Positions 16,258 through 26,152 of a stretch of DNA of 64,000 bases are shown here, in pieces. A program made the position numbers and the translations under genes. The stretch is from positions 19,354 through 83,353 of the forward strand of contig CATPBP010000007.1 in the NCBI GenBank assembly GCA_955652675.1, written 5' to 3'. Under the pieces are notes generated by a model. The model was not told where the DNA came from. It was given only the letters and a program-made list of their open reading frames with translations, and did not search any database. Source of the stretch: Candidatus Dormiibacterota bacterium. GTDB lineage: Bacteria > Chloroflexota > Dormibacteria > Dormibacterales > Dormibacteraceae. Position 1 is the first letter of the stretch; the number at the start of each line of letters is the position of its first letter.

Positions 16258-17057
16258 ATGAGGGTTAGTGTTCCGGCTTCGGTGGCGAACATGGGGCCCG
16301 GGTTTGATGTCCTGGCGATGGCGGTTGACCTGTGGCTGGAGGTGGAGGCCGAGGAGGCGGACGAGCCCGAGTGGGAGTTCGAGGGTGAGGGAGCCGAGCA
16401 GCTTCAGAACGAGCCCAACCCGCTCTCCGGCCTGGCCATGCGGGGCTGGGTCCGCAACGGCATCCCGGTCGGCGTCGGGCTGGGCAGCAGCGCGGCGGCG
16501 CGGGTGGCCGCCGCGGCGCTCCAGGGCTCCGACGACCCGATCGGTGACGCCGGCCGCCAGGAGGGCCACTACGACAACGCAGCGGCCTCGGTGATGGGCG
16601 GCGTGGTCGCGGTTGTCGAGGACGAGGTCTACGGGCTGCCGGTGCCCGACCTGGAGGTCGCTCTCTTCATCGCCCCCAGCCCGGTGGCCACCACCATCGC
16701 CCGCTCGGTCCTGCCCCTCCAGGTGAGCAGGGCCGACGCCGTCTTCAACCTCTCGCGGCTGGCGGCGCTGATCCAGATCATGCACTCGAGGGAGTGGCCC
16801 CGGCTGGACATGGCCCTCGAGGACCGCCTGCACCAACCGCACCGCCTGCCGCTCTTTCCCTGGGTCGAGGAGGTCATCGCGGCGGCGCGGGAGGCGGGAG
16901 CCTACGGAGCCGCGCTTGCCGGCGCCGGCCCCAGCGTCTTCGCCCTGTGCGACCGCAAGCTCGGCGAGGACGTGGCGCTTGCCATGGAGGACGCCGGGCC
17001 GGAGGAGGGCTACGGGCTCGTCACCAGGGTGACCAGGCAGGGACTGGACATCCGCCA

Positions 17058-17061
<4 letters not shown>
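16258..17061 (+). CDS. thrB: homoserine kinase
   Basis: N-terminal VPASVANMGPGFD and the GHMP kinase motif GLGSSAAA. Confidence 0.9.
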
Positions 17062-18281
<1,220 letters not shown>

Positions 18282-18292
18282 GATCAGCGGCG

Positions 18293-19306
18293 ATGCCGGT
18301 AAACGTAGCCATCGTCGGCCCCGTGGGAGCTGGCAAGACGACACTCTTCAATGCGCTGAGCGGCGGCCGTGGCTCGGACGGCATCGCAATGGTGGACGTG
18401 CCGGATGAACGGCTCGACCGGCTGGCGGCCGCGGTGCAGCCCAAGAAGGTGGTGCGCGCCCAGGTCCGCGTCGCGGACGCCGCCCCCGGCAGCCGGGCAC
18501 AGCGGATCGCCGCTGCACGTGAGGCCGACGTCGTGATCAAGGTCGTGCGCGGCTTCGGCGCCGACCCGGATCCGGCCGGTGACCTGGAGGGGGTCGAGCT
18601 TGACATGGCGCTGACGGACCTGGCGACCGTGGAGCGCCGCTTCGAGATCGTCGGCCGGGAGGTGCGGGTCGGGAAGAAGGAGGGCGCGGACGAGCTGGCC
18701 GTCCTGGAACGGGCCAAGGCCCACCTGGAGGAGGGCCGTGGGCTGGCCTCCTTCGAGGTGAATGCCGACGGCCAGGCTGTTCTGGCCCGACTCTTCCCTG
18801 TCTCCAGCAAGCCCTCGCTCGTGATCGCCAACGTGGGCGATCAGCTGCTTCCCTCAGGCGGCGAGCTCGCAGAGCGGGTCGCCCGACTCGCCGCCGAGCG
18901 AGGCGCCAGGTCCCTGGTGGTCGACGCCCAGCTCGAGGTCGAGCTCGCCGAGCTCAGCGCCGAGGAGGCGGTCGAGATGCGTGAGAGCTACGGTATGGGG
19001 GAGGGGAAGCTGGCCGAGGTGGCTCGGGCCATCTGGGAGGCGGGAGGGCTGATGACCTTCTTCACAGCCGGGGAGCCGGAGGCCAGGGCGTGGCCGTCGG
19101 AGCGCGACTCGCCCGCCCCGGTCGCGGCGGGCGTCATCCATTCGGACTTCGAGAAGGCCTTCATCAGGGCGGAGGTCGCCTCCGTCGACGAGCTCGTGGC
19201 GGCCGGCTCGATGGACGCCCTGCGCGCCACCGGCAAACTTCGCCTGGAGGGCCGCGAGTACCGCGTCCAGGATGGCGACGTGGTCCTGTTCCGGGTCGGC
19301 CGGTAG
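18293..19306 (+). CDS. ychF: YchF-like GTPase/ATPase, divergent
   Basis: P-loop GPVGAGKTTLFNAL and a C-terminal TGS-like end (FFTAGEPEARAW, IHSDFEKAFIRAEV, LEGREYRVQDGDVV). Confidence 0.7.
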   Translation: MPVNVAIVGPVGAGKTTLFNALSGGRGSDGIAMVDVPDERLDRLAAAVQPKKVVRAQVRVADAAPGSRAQRIAAAREADVVIKVVRGFGADPDPAGDLEGVELDMALTDLATVERRFEIVGREVRVGKKEGADELAVLERAKAHLEEGRGLASFEVNADGQAVLARLFPVSSKPSLVIANVGDQLLPSGGELAERVARLAAERGARSLVVDAQLEVELAELSAEEAVEMRESYGMGEGKLAEVARAIWEAGGLMTFFTAGEPEARAWPSERDSPAPVAAGVIHSDFEKAFIRAEVASVDELVAAGSMDALRATGKLRLEGREYRVQDGDVVLFRVGR

Positions 19307-19335
19307 GCCAAGCGGCCGCTATAAGCTCTTAGTCC

Positions 19336-20718
19336 GTGCCAGATTTCGACCTCACCGTGGTCGGCTCGGGGCCAGGCGGCTACGTAGCAGCAATCCACGC
19401 CGCCCGCCTGGGCGCTCGCGTGGCGATCCTGGAGCAGAAGGAGAGCGAGTGGGGGGGCACCTGCCTCAACTGGGGCTGCATTCCCACCAAGGCGCTCATC
19501 CAGAGCGCCGAGGTCCTGCAAGCGGTGCGCCGGGCGGGCGAGTTCGGGGTCCGCGCCGGGGAGCCGGAGGTGGACTGGCCGGCCATGCAGGAGCGCAAGG
19601 ACAAGGTCGTCGGCACCATGCGTCAGGGCGTGCGGGGCCTGCTCAGGGCGAACGGCGTGGAGATGGTGACGGCGCGCGGCCGCCTCACCGGGGGCACCCG
19701 GGTGAGCGCCGACGGTCTGGAGCTGGACTCGCGCCACGTCCTTCTGGCGCCGGGTTCGCTGATCGCCCTCCCACCATTTCCGGGGGCGGACCTGGGACTG
19801 ACCAGCGACACGATCCTGGGGCTGGAGAGGGTGCCGGAGTCCCTAATCGTGATCGGCGGCGGCGTTGTGGGCATGGAGTTTGCGGGCGTCTTCGACCTGC
19901 TCGGCACCAAGGTCACCGTGGTGGAGATGCTTGACCAGCTGCTTACGCCGCTTGATCCCGACGTCGCGAAACGGTTCCAGCAGCTGATGACGCGGCGCGG
20001 GGTGAGCATTCACCTCGGAGCCCGGGTCGAGGGCCTGGAGGCTGGGGGGGCCGGCTTCAAGGTCCGCTTCTCGGGCGGCGAGCTGGAGGCCGAGCAGGTG
20101 CTGGTGGCGACCGGGCGTCGGCCGAACACGGCGGACCTCGGCCTGGAGGTCGCCGGAGTTGCCACCAACCGCGCCGCCATTGCCGTGGATCAGCACATGC
20201 GCACCAACCAGGAGGGCCTTTACGCGATCGGGGATGCCACGGGTATCTCCATGCTGGCCCACACCGCTTCCTACCAGGGCGAGGTCGCCGTCACCAACGC
20301 CCTCGCCGAGAAGCGGATCAGCGCGGACTACAGCTCGATCCCGGCCTGCGTCTACACCGACCCGGAGATCGCCTACGTCGGCCTATCCGAGGCGCAGGCG
20401 CGAGCCCAGGGTACTGAGGTGAAGGTGGGACAGTTCCCCTTCTCCGCGCTGGGCCGTGCCCAGGTCCTCGGCGAGACCCAGGGCCTGGTCAAGGTCGTGG
20501 CGGACTCCGACGGCTACCTGCTGGGCGTGACGATTCTCGGCCCGCGGGCCACGGACCTGATCGCCGAGGCGGCGCTGGCTGTCAACCAGGGCCTCAGCGC
20601 GGCCGAGCTCTCGCATACGGTGCACGCTCATCCCACCCTCCCCGAGGCGCTCGCCGAGGCGGCCCTGGACGTGGCGGGCCGGGCCGTCCACATCGCTCCC
20701 CGCCGCCGTCCGGCCTGA
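19336..20718 (+). CDS. lpdA: dihydrolipoyl dehydrogenase
   Basis: GSGPGGY FAD motif, redox-active disulfide GGTCLNWGCIPTK, C-terminal HAHPTLPE. Confidence 0.9.
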   Translation: MPDFDLTVVGSGPGGYVAAIHAARLGARVAILEQKESEWGGTCLNWGCIPTKALIQSAEVLQAVRRAGEFGVRAGEPEVDWPAMQERKDKVVGTMRQGVRGLLRANGVEMVTARGRLTGGTRVSADGLELDSRHVLLAPGSLIALPPFPGADLGLTSDTILGLERVPESLIVIGGGVVGMEFAGVFDLLGTKVTVVEMLDQLLTPLDPDVAKRFQQLMTRRGVSIHLGARVEGLEAGGAGFKVRFSGGELEAEQVLVATGRRPNTADLGLEVAGVATNRAAIAVDQHMRTNQEGLYAIGDATGISMLAHTASYQGEVAVTNALAEKRISADYSSIPACVYTDPEIAYVGLSEAQARAQGTEVKVGQFPFSALGRAQVLGETQGLVKVVADSDGYLLGVTILGPRATDLIAEAALAVNQGLSAAELSHTVHAHPTLPEALAEAALDVAGRAVHIAPRRRPA

Positions 20719-20739
20719 CGGATCCTTCCTGCCCTCCGG

Positions 20740-22047
20740 TTACCTCGCCTTCGTTACCGCACGCGACAACGGCGGAGCCGACAGGCGCGCGGAGGCCGCG
20801 GCGCGCTCTAGGTTCAGCGTGCGCAGGCGTCCGTTTCGGGTGAGCGATGCTGCGCGTTCGAACTCCTCACGCGCCTCGTCATGGCGCCCGAGCTTGGCCA
20901 GAAGGTCTCCACGCACGCTCCACAAGAGGTGGTACTCCTTGAGCGATGGCTCCGAGGTGAGCTGGTCGACGAGCTCGAGGCCCGTCGCGGGGCCGAATGC
21001 CATCGCCAGCGCCACGGCTCGATTCAGCTCCACCACAGGGGACGGCGCGAGCTCGGCAAGCGCATCGTAGAGAGCCGCGATGCGAGCCCAGCCCGTCTCC
21101 TCCGGCGTGCGGGCTCGGGCGTGACAGGCCGCGATCGCCGCCTGCAATGCGTAGGGCCCGAGCACGCCGCCGAGTGCCTCGGCCCGCTGAAGCGCGGCCA
21201 GACCGCGGCGGATGAGGACGTGATCCCAGCGCGTGCGATCTTGATCAAGCAACAGGACGGGCTCGCCAGAGGGGCCGGTCCGTGCGCCCGAGCGCGAGGC
21301 CTGGATCTCCATCAGAGCGACCAGGCCGTGGACCTCCGGCTCCTTCGGAACCAGCTCGGCCAGGATGCGGCCGAGACGGAGCGCCTCTTCGCAGAGCGAA
21401 GGTCGCATCCAGTCCTCCCCGGCGGTCGCCGAGTAGCCCTCGTTGAACACCAGGTAGATGACCTCGAGGACCGATGAAAGGCGGGTGGCGAGCTCGGCCC
21501 GCGCGGGGACCTCGAAGGGGACGCGGGCCTCGGCGAGGGTGCGCTTGGCCCGGACTATTCGCTGGGCGACCGTCGATTCAGGGACGAGAAAGGCGCGCGC
21601 GATCTCCTCGGTCCTGAGGCCGCCGAGCAAGCGGAGCGTGAGCGCGACCCGGGCCTCCGTGGAGAGCACCGGATGGCAGGCGATGAACACCAGCCGCAGC
21701 AGGTCGTCGCCGATGTCCTCGCCGAGGGCGGCCTCCAGGTCCGGCTCGACAGCCTCTTGCTGGGCCGCGACCTCGTGACCGAGCTCCTGGAGTCTGCGCT
21801 CGAGCCGTTCTCTCCGGCGCAGGAGATCGATCGCACGATGTTTGGCGGTGGCCATGAGCCAGGCGCCCGGGTTGCGCGGGACGCCTGACTCCGGCCACTG
21901 CTCGAGTGCCGCGACCAGAGCGTCCTGAGCGAGCTCCTCTGCGACACCCACGTCACGCACGATCCGCGCGAGACCGGCGATGAGCCTCGCCGACTCGATT
22001 CGCCAAACCGCGTCGGTGGCGCGATGGGCAGCCTCAGCAGCGGTCAT
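20740..22047 (-). CDS. ECF-type sigma factor with long C-terminal TPR-like extension (YciI-associated type)
   Basis: Sigma regions 2 and 4 (AQDALVAALEQW, TEEIARAFLVPESTVAQRIVRAK) followed by about 250 aa of helical repeats. Confidence 0.8.
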   Translation of the reverse strand: MTAAEAAHRATDAVWRIESARLIAGLARIVRDVGVAEELAQDALVAALEQWPESGVPRNPGAWLMATAKHRAIDLLRRRERLERRLQELGHEVAAQQEAVEPDLEAALGEDIGDDLLRLVFIACHPVLSTEARVALTLRLLGGLRTEEIARAFLVPESTVAQRIVRAKRTLAEARVPFEVPARAELATRLSSVLEVIYLVFNEGYSATAGEDWMRPSLCEEALRLGRILAELVPKEPEVHGLVALMEIQASRSGARTGPSGEPVLLLDQDRTRWDHVLIRRGLAALQRAEALGGVLGPYALQAAIAACHARARTPEETGWARIAALYDALAELAPSPVVELNRAVALAMAFGPATGLELVDQLTSEPSLKEYHLLWSVRGDLLAKLGRHDEAREEFERAASLTRNGRLRTLNLERAAASARLSAPPLSRAVTKAR

Positions 22048-22101
22048 GTCGGTTGATCAGAGCAGCTTCATCCGATCCGCTGCAAGCACAGGGCGGCCCT
22101 G

Positions 22102-22530
22102 CTACTGGCGCCCAGCCCTGGCCTGCAGGTCGTCGCGCATCGCTTGCTCGCGGGCGGCCTGTTCGGGAGAAAAGCTCTCGGCGGGGAAGTCGGAGGACTC
22201 GAAAACCTGCCGAATCTCGACCTCGCCGTCCCTGAAGGGAACGCGCGAAGCCCACTCGATGGCCTCGTCCTTCGACCTCACCTGGATCAGCCAGTAGCCG
22301 GCGATCAGCTCCTTGGCCTCGGTGAAGGGGCCGTCAGTTACGGTGCGCTTGTCTCCGGAGTATTTGACCCGCGCGCCCTTTGAGCTCGCCTGGAGCCCCT
22401 CACCCGCCAGCATCACGCCGGCTTTGAGCAGCTCCTCGTTGAACTGTCCCATCTCGGCAAGTATCTCCTTGCCAGGCAGCACGCCCGCTTCACTCTCCTC
22501 GGTGGCTTTGACCAGCATCATGAATCGCAT
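22102..22530 (-). CDS. YciI/DGPF-domain family protein
   Basis: MRFMMLVKA start and the DGPFTEAKELIAGYWLIQV motif. Upstream in the same operon as the sigma factor. Confidence 0.8.
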   Translation of the reverse strand: MRFMMLVKATEESEAGVLPGKEILAEMGQFNEELLKAGVMLAGEGLQASSKGARVKYSGDKRTVTDGPFTEAKELIAGYWLIQVRSKDEAIEWASRVPFRDGEVEIRQVFESSDFPAESFSPEQAAREQAMRDDLQARAGRQ

Positions 22531-22663
22531 CGTCGTGTCTCCTCGTGGTGTCGGTGACTTCGGACCGTCTGGAGCGTCCGAAACCACGCTCTACCTGGAC
22601 GTCGATCGGGAGGCGCTCAGATCGACATCCCGCGTCAACTTTTTCTCCACCGCGCCGAGGCCA

Positions 22664-23257
22664 TCAGTCGGCCTCGAAGGCCTCGCGGACGTTGCGGCTG
22701 ACGAGCCTGAGGAGGACGGGGATCCCAACGATAAGCAGAGACCAGAAACCCGCGACGACGACGGCGGCCAGCCATCCCCACCAGCGGCGCCGGCGGAGGC
22801 CGTAAAAGGCTGCCGCGTGCAGGCCCACGGCGACAAGGGCGACACCGATCAGGGCGGCGCCGTAGACCAGGAGGAACATCGCCTGGTTGTCGCGACCCAC
22901 GCCCTGGCGCGCCAGCTCCGTGGTCAGTTGCAAGCGGCCTGTCGGAGCCAGGAGATAGGCGAGAGCCTGGGTCGCCCAGACCAGGAAGAACACCGCTCCG
23001 GCCGCGTAGAGCCAGGGCAGCAGGCCCAGGTCGGGTACGGCCCGGGCAGGCCGGCGGGCGCTCAGGCCGGCGCCGGACGGTGGCGCTGGCGAGCTCGCCG
23101 GCGGAGTCGCGGGGACCGGGCGTGCTGGAGTTGTGCTGGGTTCTGGGGCGCCCTCCGGCGGCGTCCAGCGAGCCGTGCCGCAGCTCGGACAGAACCGGTG
23201 CGACGGCTCCATCCGAGCTCCGCATTCGACGCAGTAAGACCCGCCTTCTGAGGCCAA
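22664..23257 (-). CDS. zinc-ribbon membrane protein
   Basis: CVECG-x10-CPSCG ribbon, Pro-rich linker, then about 4 TM segments. Start set at a TTG, because the longer track ORF runs through two repeat copies. Confidence 0.5.
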   Translation of the reverse strand: MASEGGSYCVECGARMEPSHRFCPSCGTARWTPPEGAPEPSTTPARPVPATPPASSPAPPSGAGLSARRPARAVPDLGLLPWLYAAGAVFFLVWATQALAYLLAPTGRLQLTTELARQGVGRDNQAMFLLVYGAALIGVALVAVGLHAAAFYGLRRRRWWGWLAAVVVAGFWSLLIVGIPVLLRLVSRNVREAFEAD

Positions 23258-23284
23258 GACCCCCCGATTATCCCCCGCCCGAAG

Positions 23285-23315
23285 ACTCCCTCCCACTTGC
23301 GAGGAGGGCAGGGGA
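23285..23315 (-). repeat. REP-like repeat copy, inverted orientation
   Basis: Reverse complement gccctcctcgcaagtgggaggga matches the copy at 16207-16247. Confidence 0.5.
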
Positions 23316-23367
23316 GCGGTGCCTGCCGACCACAGTTGCACAGGCTCCCGGGCAGCTTCTGAAGAGG

Positions 23368-23406
23368 CCCCCTCCCCAACCCTCCCCCAGAAGGGGCGGG
23401 AAATTT
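23368..23406 (+). repeat. REP-like repeat copy
   Basis: ccccctccccaaCCCTCCCCCagaaGGGGCGGGaaattt. Confidence 0.6.
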
Positions 23407-23587
23407 CGGGGCCCCACTTGACAAGGTCTACATGTAGGAGTACCTTGCACTGCGGGACACGATATGTCGTAGCCAACGTCCTCCCAAAGTGTCCCGTAGT
23501 CCGGCAACAGGCAGGCGTTCCCGGTCTCCGTCCACCTTTTTCGCGTCCACCCCCCGATCCAGACATCGCCTGCCTGTCCACCCCTTG

Positions 23588-23593
23588 TAGACT
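23588..23593 (+). promoter_or_regulatory. -10-like box TAGACT, 6 nt before a GTG start (leaderless candidate)
   Basis: Matches TANNNT and is preceded by TG. The GTG at 23600 has no SD sequence. Confidence 0.35.
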
Positions 23594-23599
23594 CGGCTC

Positions 23600-23938
23600 G
23601 TGGCACGCAAAGCCAAGAGAAAGACAGCGCGCAGGCCGCCGGTCCGGCCCCTGGCGCAGCGCGGCACCACCGGTTCCGCCTCCACCAGCTCCCGCTCTCA
23701 GGGAGCGACGCGGGTGGGCGGCGACCAGGCGGTGGTCCGCTCCGTGGAGATGTCGCTGGCTCCCAAGGCGGCGCCCAGGCGGGGCGGCCGCATCGTCCTT
23801 GACAACGCAGACCCCGCCATCCCAATCGATCGAGTTCCCTTCTTCGTGTCGGACCTGAAGCAGCTCGGGATAACGGCGGCGGTGATGGTGGCCATCCTGG
23901 TCGGCGGAGCCCAGCTCATCCCGCTCGTCCTCAAGTAG
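23600..23938 (+). CDS. small tail-anchored membrane protein, unknown function
   Basis: 112 aa with high GC3. Basic N-terminus MARKAKRKTARR. A single hydrophobic helix ends one residue before the stop. Confidence 0.5.
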   Translation: MARKAKRKTARRPPVRPLAQRGTTGSASTSSRSQGATRVGGDQAVVRSVEMSLAPKAAPRRGGRIVLDNADPAIPIDRVPFFVSDLKQLGITAAVMVAILVGGAQLIPLVLK

Positions 23939-23991
23939 CGGGCCTCTCCCGCCCGGTCGCTGCCCCTGGACCCCCTACACTCAGTGCAGCC

Positions 23992-25155
23992 GTGCGCGTC
24001 ATCCTCTTCACCGGCAAAGGCGGAGTGGGCAAGACGTCGGTAGCCGCCGCCACAGCCGTGCGCTGCGCCCAACTGGGTCACCGCACCGTGGTCATGAGCA
24101 CCGACCCCGCCCACTCTCTCGGCGACTCCTTCGATCGGGAGCTGGGCAGCCACCTGACTCCGGTCACCAAGAACCTTTGGGCTCACGAGGTTTCCGCCCT
24201 CCACGAGATCGAGCGCCACTGGAAGAAGCTGCACGACTACGCCGCCAACGTGTTCGCGACCCAGGGGCTTGACGACGTGGTGGCCGAGGAGGTGGCAAAT
24301 CCGCCCGGGATGGACGAGGTCGCCAGCCTGATGTGGATCAAGCACTACGCCGAGCGGCGCGAGCACGACGTGATCATCGTGGACTGCGCGCCGACCGGCG
24401 AGACCCTCCAGCTCCTGATGTTCCCGGACGCCGCGCGCTGGTGGCTCGACAAGATCTACCCCTGGGAGCGGAAGGCCATGAAGCTGGCCCGGCCGATCCT
24501 GCAGCCGCTGATCGACGTGCCGCTGCCGGGCGACGACGTCTACGCCTCGATCAAGGACCTGCTCCTGGACCTGGAGGGGATGAAGAAGGTCCTGGTCGAC
24601 GGGCGGGTCACGTCCATGCGGCTGGTGCTGAACCTCGAGAAGATGGTCGTCAAGGAGGCCAAGCGGGCGTTCACCTACTTGAGCCTCTTCGGCTACGTGA
24701 CCGACGCCGTAGTCGTGAACCGCACGCTGCCCGAGGGCCTGCAGGATGAGCTTTTTCGGAAGTGGCAGAGCATCCACCAGCGCTACGCCGGTGAGGTGGA
24801 GCAGTCCTTCCAGCCTCTTCCCATCTTCAACGTCCCGCTCTTCGACGAGGAGGTCGTGGGTGAGCGGATGCTGCTCAAGATGGCGGAGGCCATCTACGGC
24901 GAGGGGGACCCGGCGGCTCGCTTCTACGAGGGCAGCTCACAGCGGGTCGAGAAGCGGGATGGAGAGTATGTCCTCGCTTTGAAGGCCCCATTCGTCGAGC
25001 GTGGCGACGTCGAGCTCTCCCGGCAGGATGGCGAGCTCTTCGTCACGGTGGGCAACTACCGGCGCGAGATCGTGCTGCCTCGCGTGCTGGCGGGGCGCAA
25101 GACGGTCGGAGCCGCGATGGAGGACGGCGAACTGCGTGTCCGCTTCGCCAAGTGA
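23992..25155 (+). CDS. ArsA/Get3-family P-loop ATPase, single ATPase domain plus HSP20-like C-terminal domain
   Basis: GKGGVGKTS P-loop, STDPAHSL, DCAPTGETLQLL. The last ~80 aa are beta-rich (YVLALKAPF, GELFVTVGNYRREIVLP, GELRVRF). Confidence 0.85.
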   Translation: MRVILFTGKGGVGKTSVAAATAVRCAQLGHRTVVMSTDPAHSLGDSFDRELGSHLTPVTKNLWAHEVSALHEIERHWKKLHDYAANVFATQGLDDVVAEEVANPPGMDEVASLMWIKHYAERREHDVIIVDCAPTGETLQLLMFPDAARWWLDKIYPWERKAMKLARPILQPLIDVPLPGDDVYASIKDLLLDLEGMKKVLVDGRVTSMRLVLNLEKMVVKEAKRAFTYLSLFGYVTDAVVVNRTLPEGLQDELFRKWQSIHQRYAGEVEQSFQPLPIFNVPLFDEEVVGERMLLKMAEAIYGEGDPAARFYEGSSQRVEKRDGEYVLALKAPFVERGDVELSRQDGELFVTVGNYRREIVLPRVLAGRKTVGAAMEDGELRVRFAK

Positions 25156-25168
25156 CGAGGGGAGGCCA

Positions 25169-25417
25169 GTGAGCAAGGAGAGCGAGCGCCTGGTCGAAGT
25201 CGCCGGCGTGCTGGCGCAGCGCGTGAACGGCGCCATCCGGGACGTCATCCCGGCGGAAGCCCAGGTGCACCTGCTGAACGCCCAGCGCGAGCTGCTGGCC
25301 GCGCTCTTCCTGATCTACGAACACCAGCTCGGTGCCCGGCGGGGGAGCACCCCTACACCGGCTCGCCGGCGGCCAGCGGCCCGCCGGACGCGCGTGACCC
25401 GGATCAAGGTCGACTAG
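25169..25417 (+). CDS. hypothetical small helical protein with Arg-rich tail
   Basis: GTG start preceded by GAGGGGAGG, 14 nt after the ArsA-like stop. 82 aa. Confidence 0.45.
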   Translation: MSKESERLVEVAGVLAQRVNGAIRDVIPAEAQVHLLNAQRELLAALFLIYEHQLGARRGSTPTPARRRPAARRTRVTRIKVD

Positions 25418-25426
25418 AGCTCCGCG

Positions 25427-26152
25427 ATGTTCGGTGGCGATCCGGTCGTCTTCCTGATCGGCTCGCTCTATCTCATACCCGCCCTGCTGATCGCCATCCC
25501 GGTCCACGAGATCGGCCACGCGGTGGCCGCCACAGCCATGGGCGATCCCGTGCCGCGCAACCGCGGCTTTCTCCGGCCCGACCCCCGCATCCATCTCAAC
25601 GTCTACGGCGTCATCGCGGTCTTCCTGGCGAACGTCGGCTGGGGGAACCCGGTCCCGATCAACGAGTACCGGTTGAGAGGGGTTGGAGGCCGGGTGATCT
25701 ACGCGCTGGCGGGTCCCGCCGCCAACCTCCTCGTCGCGATCATCTTCGGCGCCGTGGTGCGCGTGCTGATCGCGCTGGGCGCGCCGCCTATCCCGGTCAC
25801 CCTCTCCCAGCCGCCGCTGGGCTACGTCAGCACCATCGCCTACGCGATCTTCTTCCTGAACCTGTCAATCTTCGCCTTTCAGCTGCTGCCGGTGCCCGGC
25901 CTCGACGGCTGGCGGGTCATCGAAGCGCTGTTTCGGCACCGCAACCCGCGATTCTTCTTCACCGTGTCCGCCAACACACAGACGATCTGGATCGTCTGCG
26001 CGGCGGTGATCTTCCTCGGGCCCTACCTGCTCCACTTCAGCGTCCTGGGGGCCGTGGTGGGGATCTTCTTCCAACCCGCTTCCACAGCCATACTCGGCCA
26101 GTGCGCCGGATACGTCAGCCTGGACCCCTGCCCTCTGTCGGGTCGCTTCTGA
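25427..26152 (+). CDS. site-2 protease (peptidase M50) family membrane metalloprotease
   Basis: HEIGHAVAA zinc motif in a TM helix, a second motif region FFLNLSIFAFQLLPVPGLDG, polytopic. Confidence 0.8.
   Translation: MFGGDPVVFLIGSLYLIPALLIAIPVHEIGHAVAATAMGDPVPRNRGFLRPDPRIHLNVYGVIAVFLANVGWGNPVPINEYRLRGVGGRVIYALAGPAANLLVAIIFGAVVRVLIALGAPPIPVTLSQPPLGYVSTIAYAIFFLNLSIFAFQLLPVPGLDGWRVIEALFRHRNPRFFFTVSANTQTIWIVCAAVIFLGPYLLHFSVLGAVVGIFFQPASTAILGQCAGYVSLDPCPLSGRF

Noticed and set aside
23418-23450. TTGACA at 23418 as a promoter driving the tail-anchored ORF or a small RNA.
   Set aside because: No acceptable -10 lies at 16-18 nt (TACCTT at best), and it is 180 nt from the GTG, which has its own TAGACT box. 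It is mentioned only under the non-coding region finding.
22664-23581. 305-aa version of the zinc-ribbon membrane protein ORF.
   Set aside because: The N-terminal 108 codons run straight through two REP-like repeat copies and a low-GC spacer. I trimmed the gene to the TTG at 23257, just before the CxxC ribbon. The start remains uncertain.
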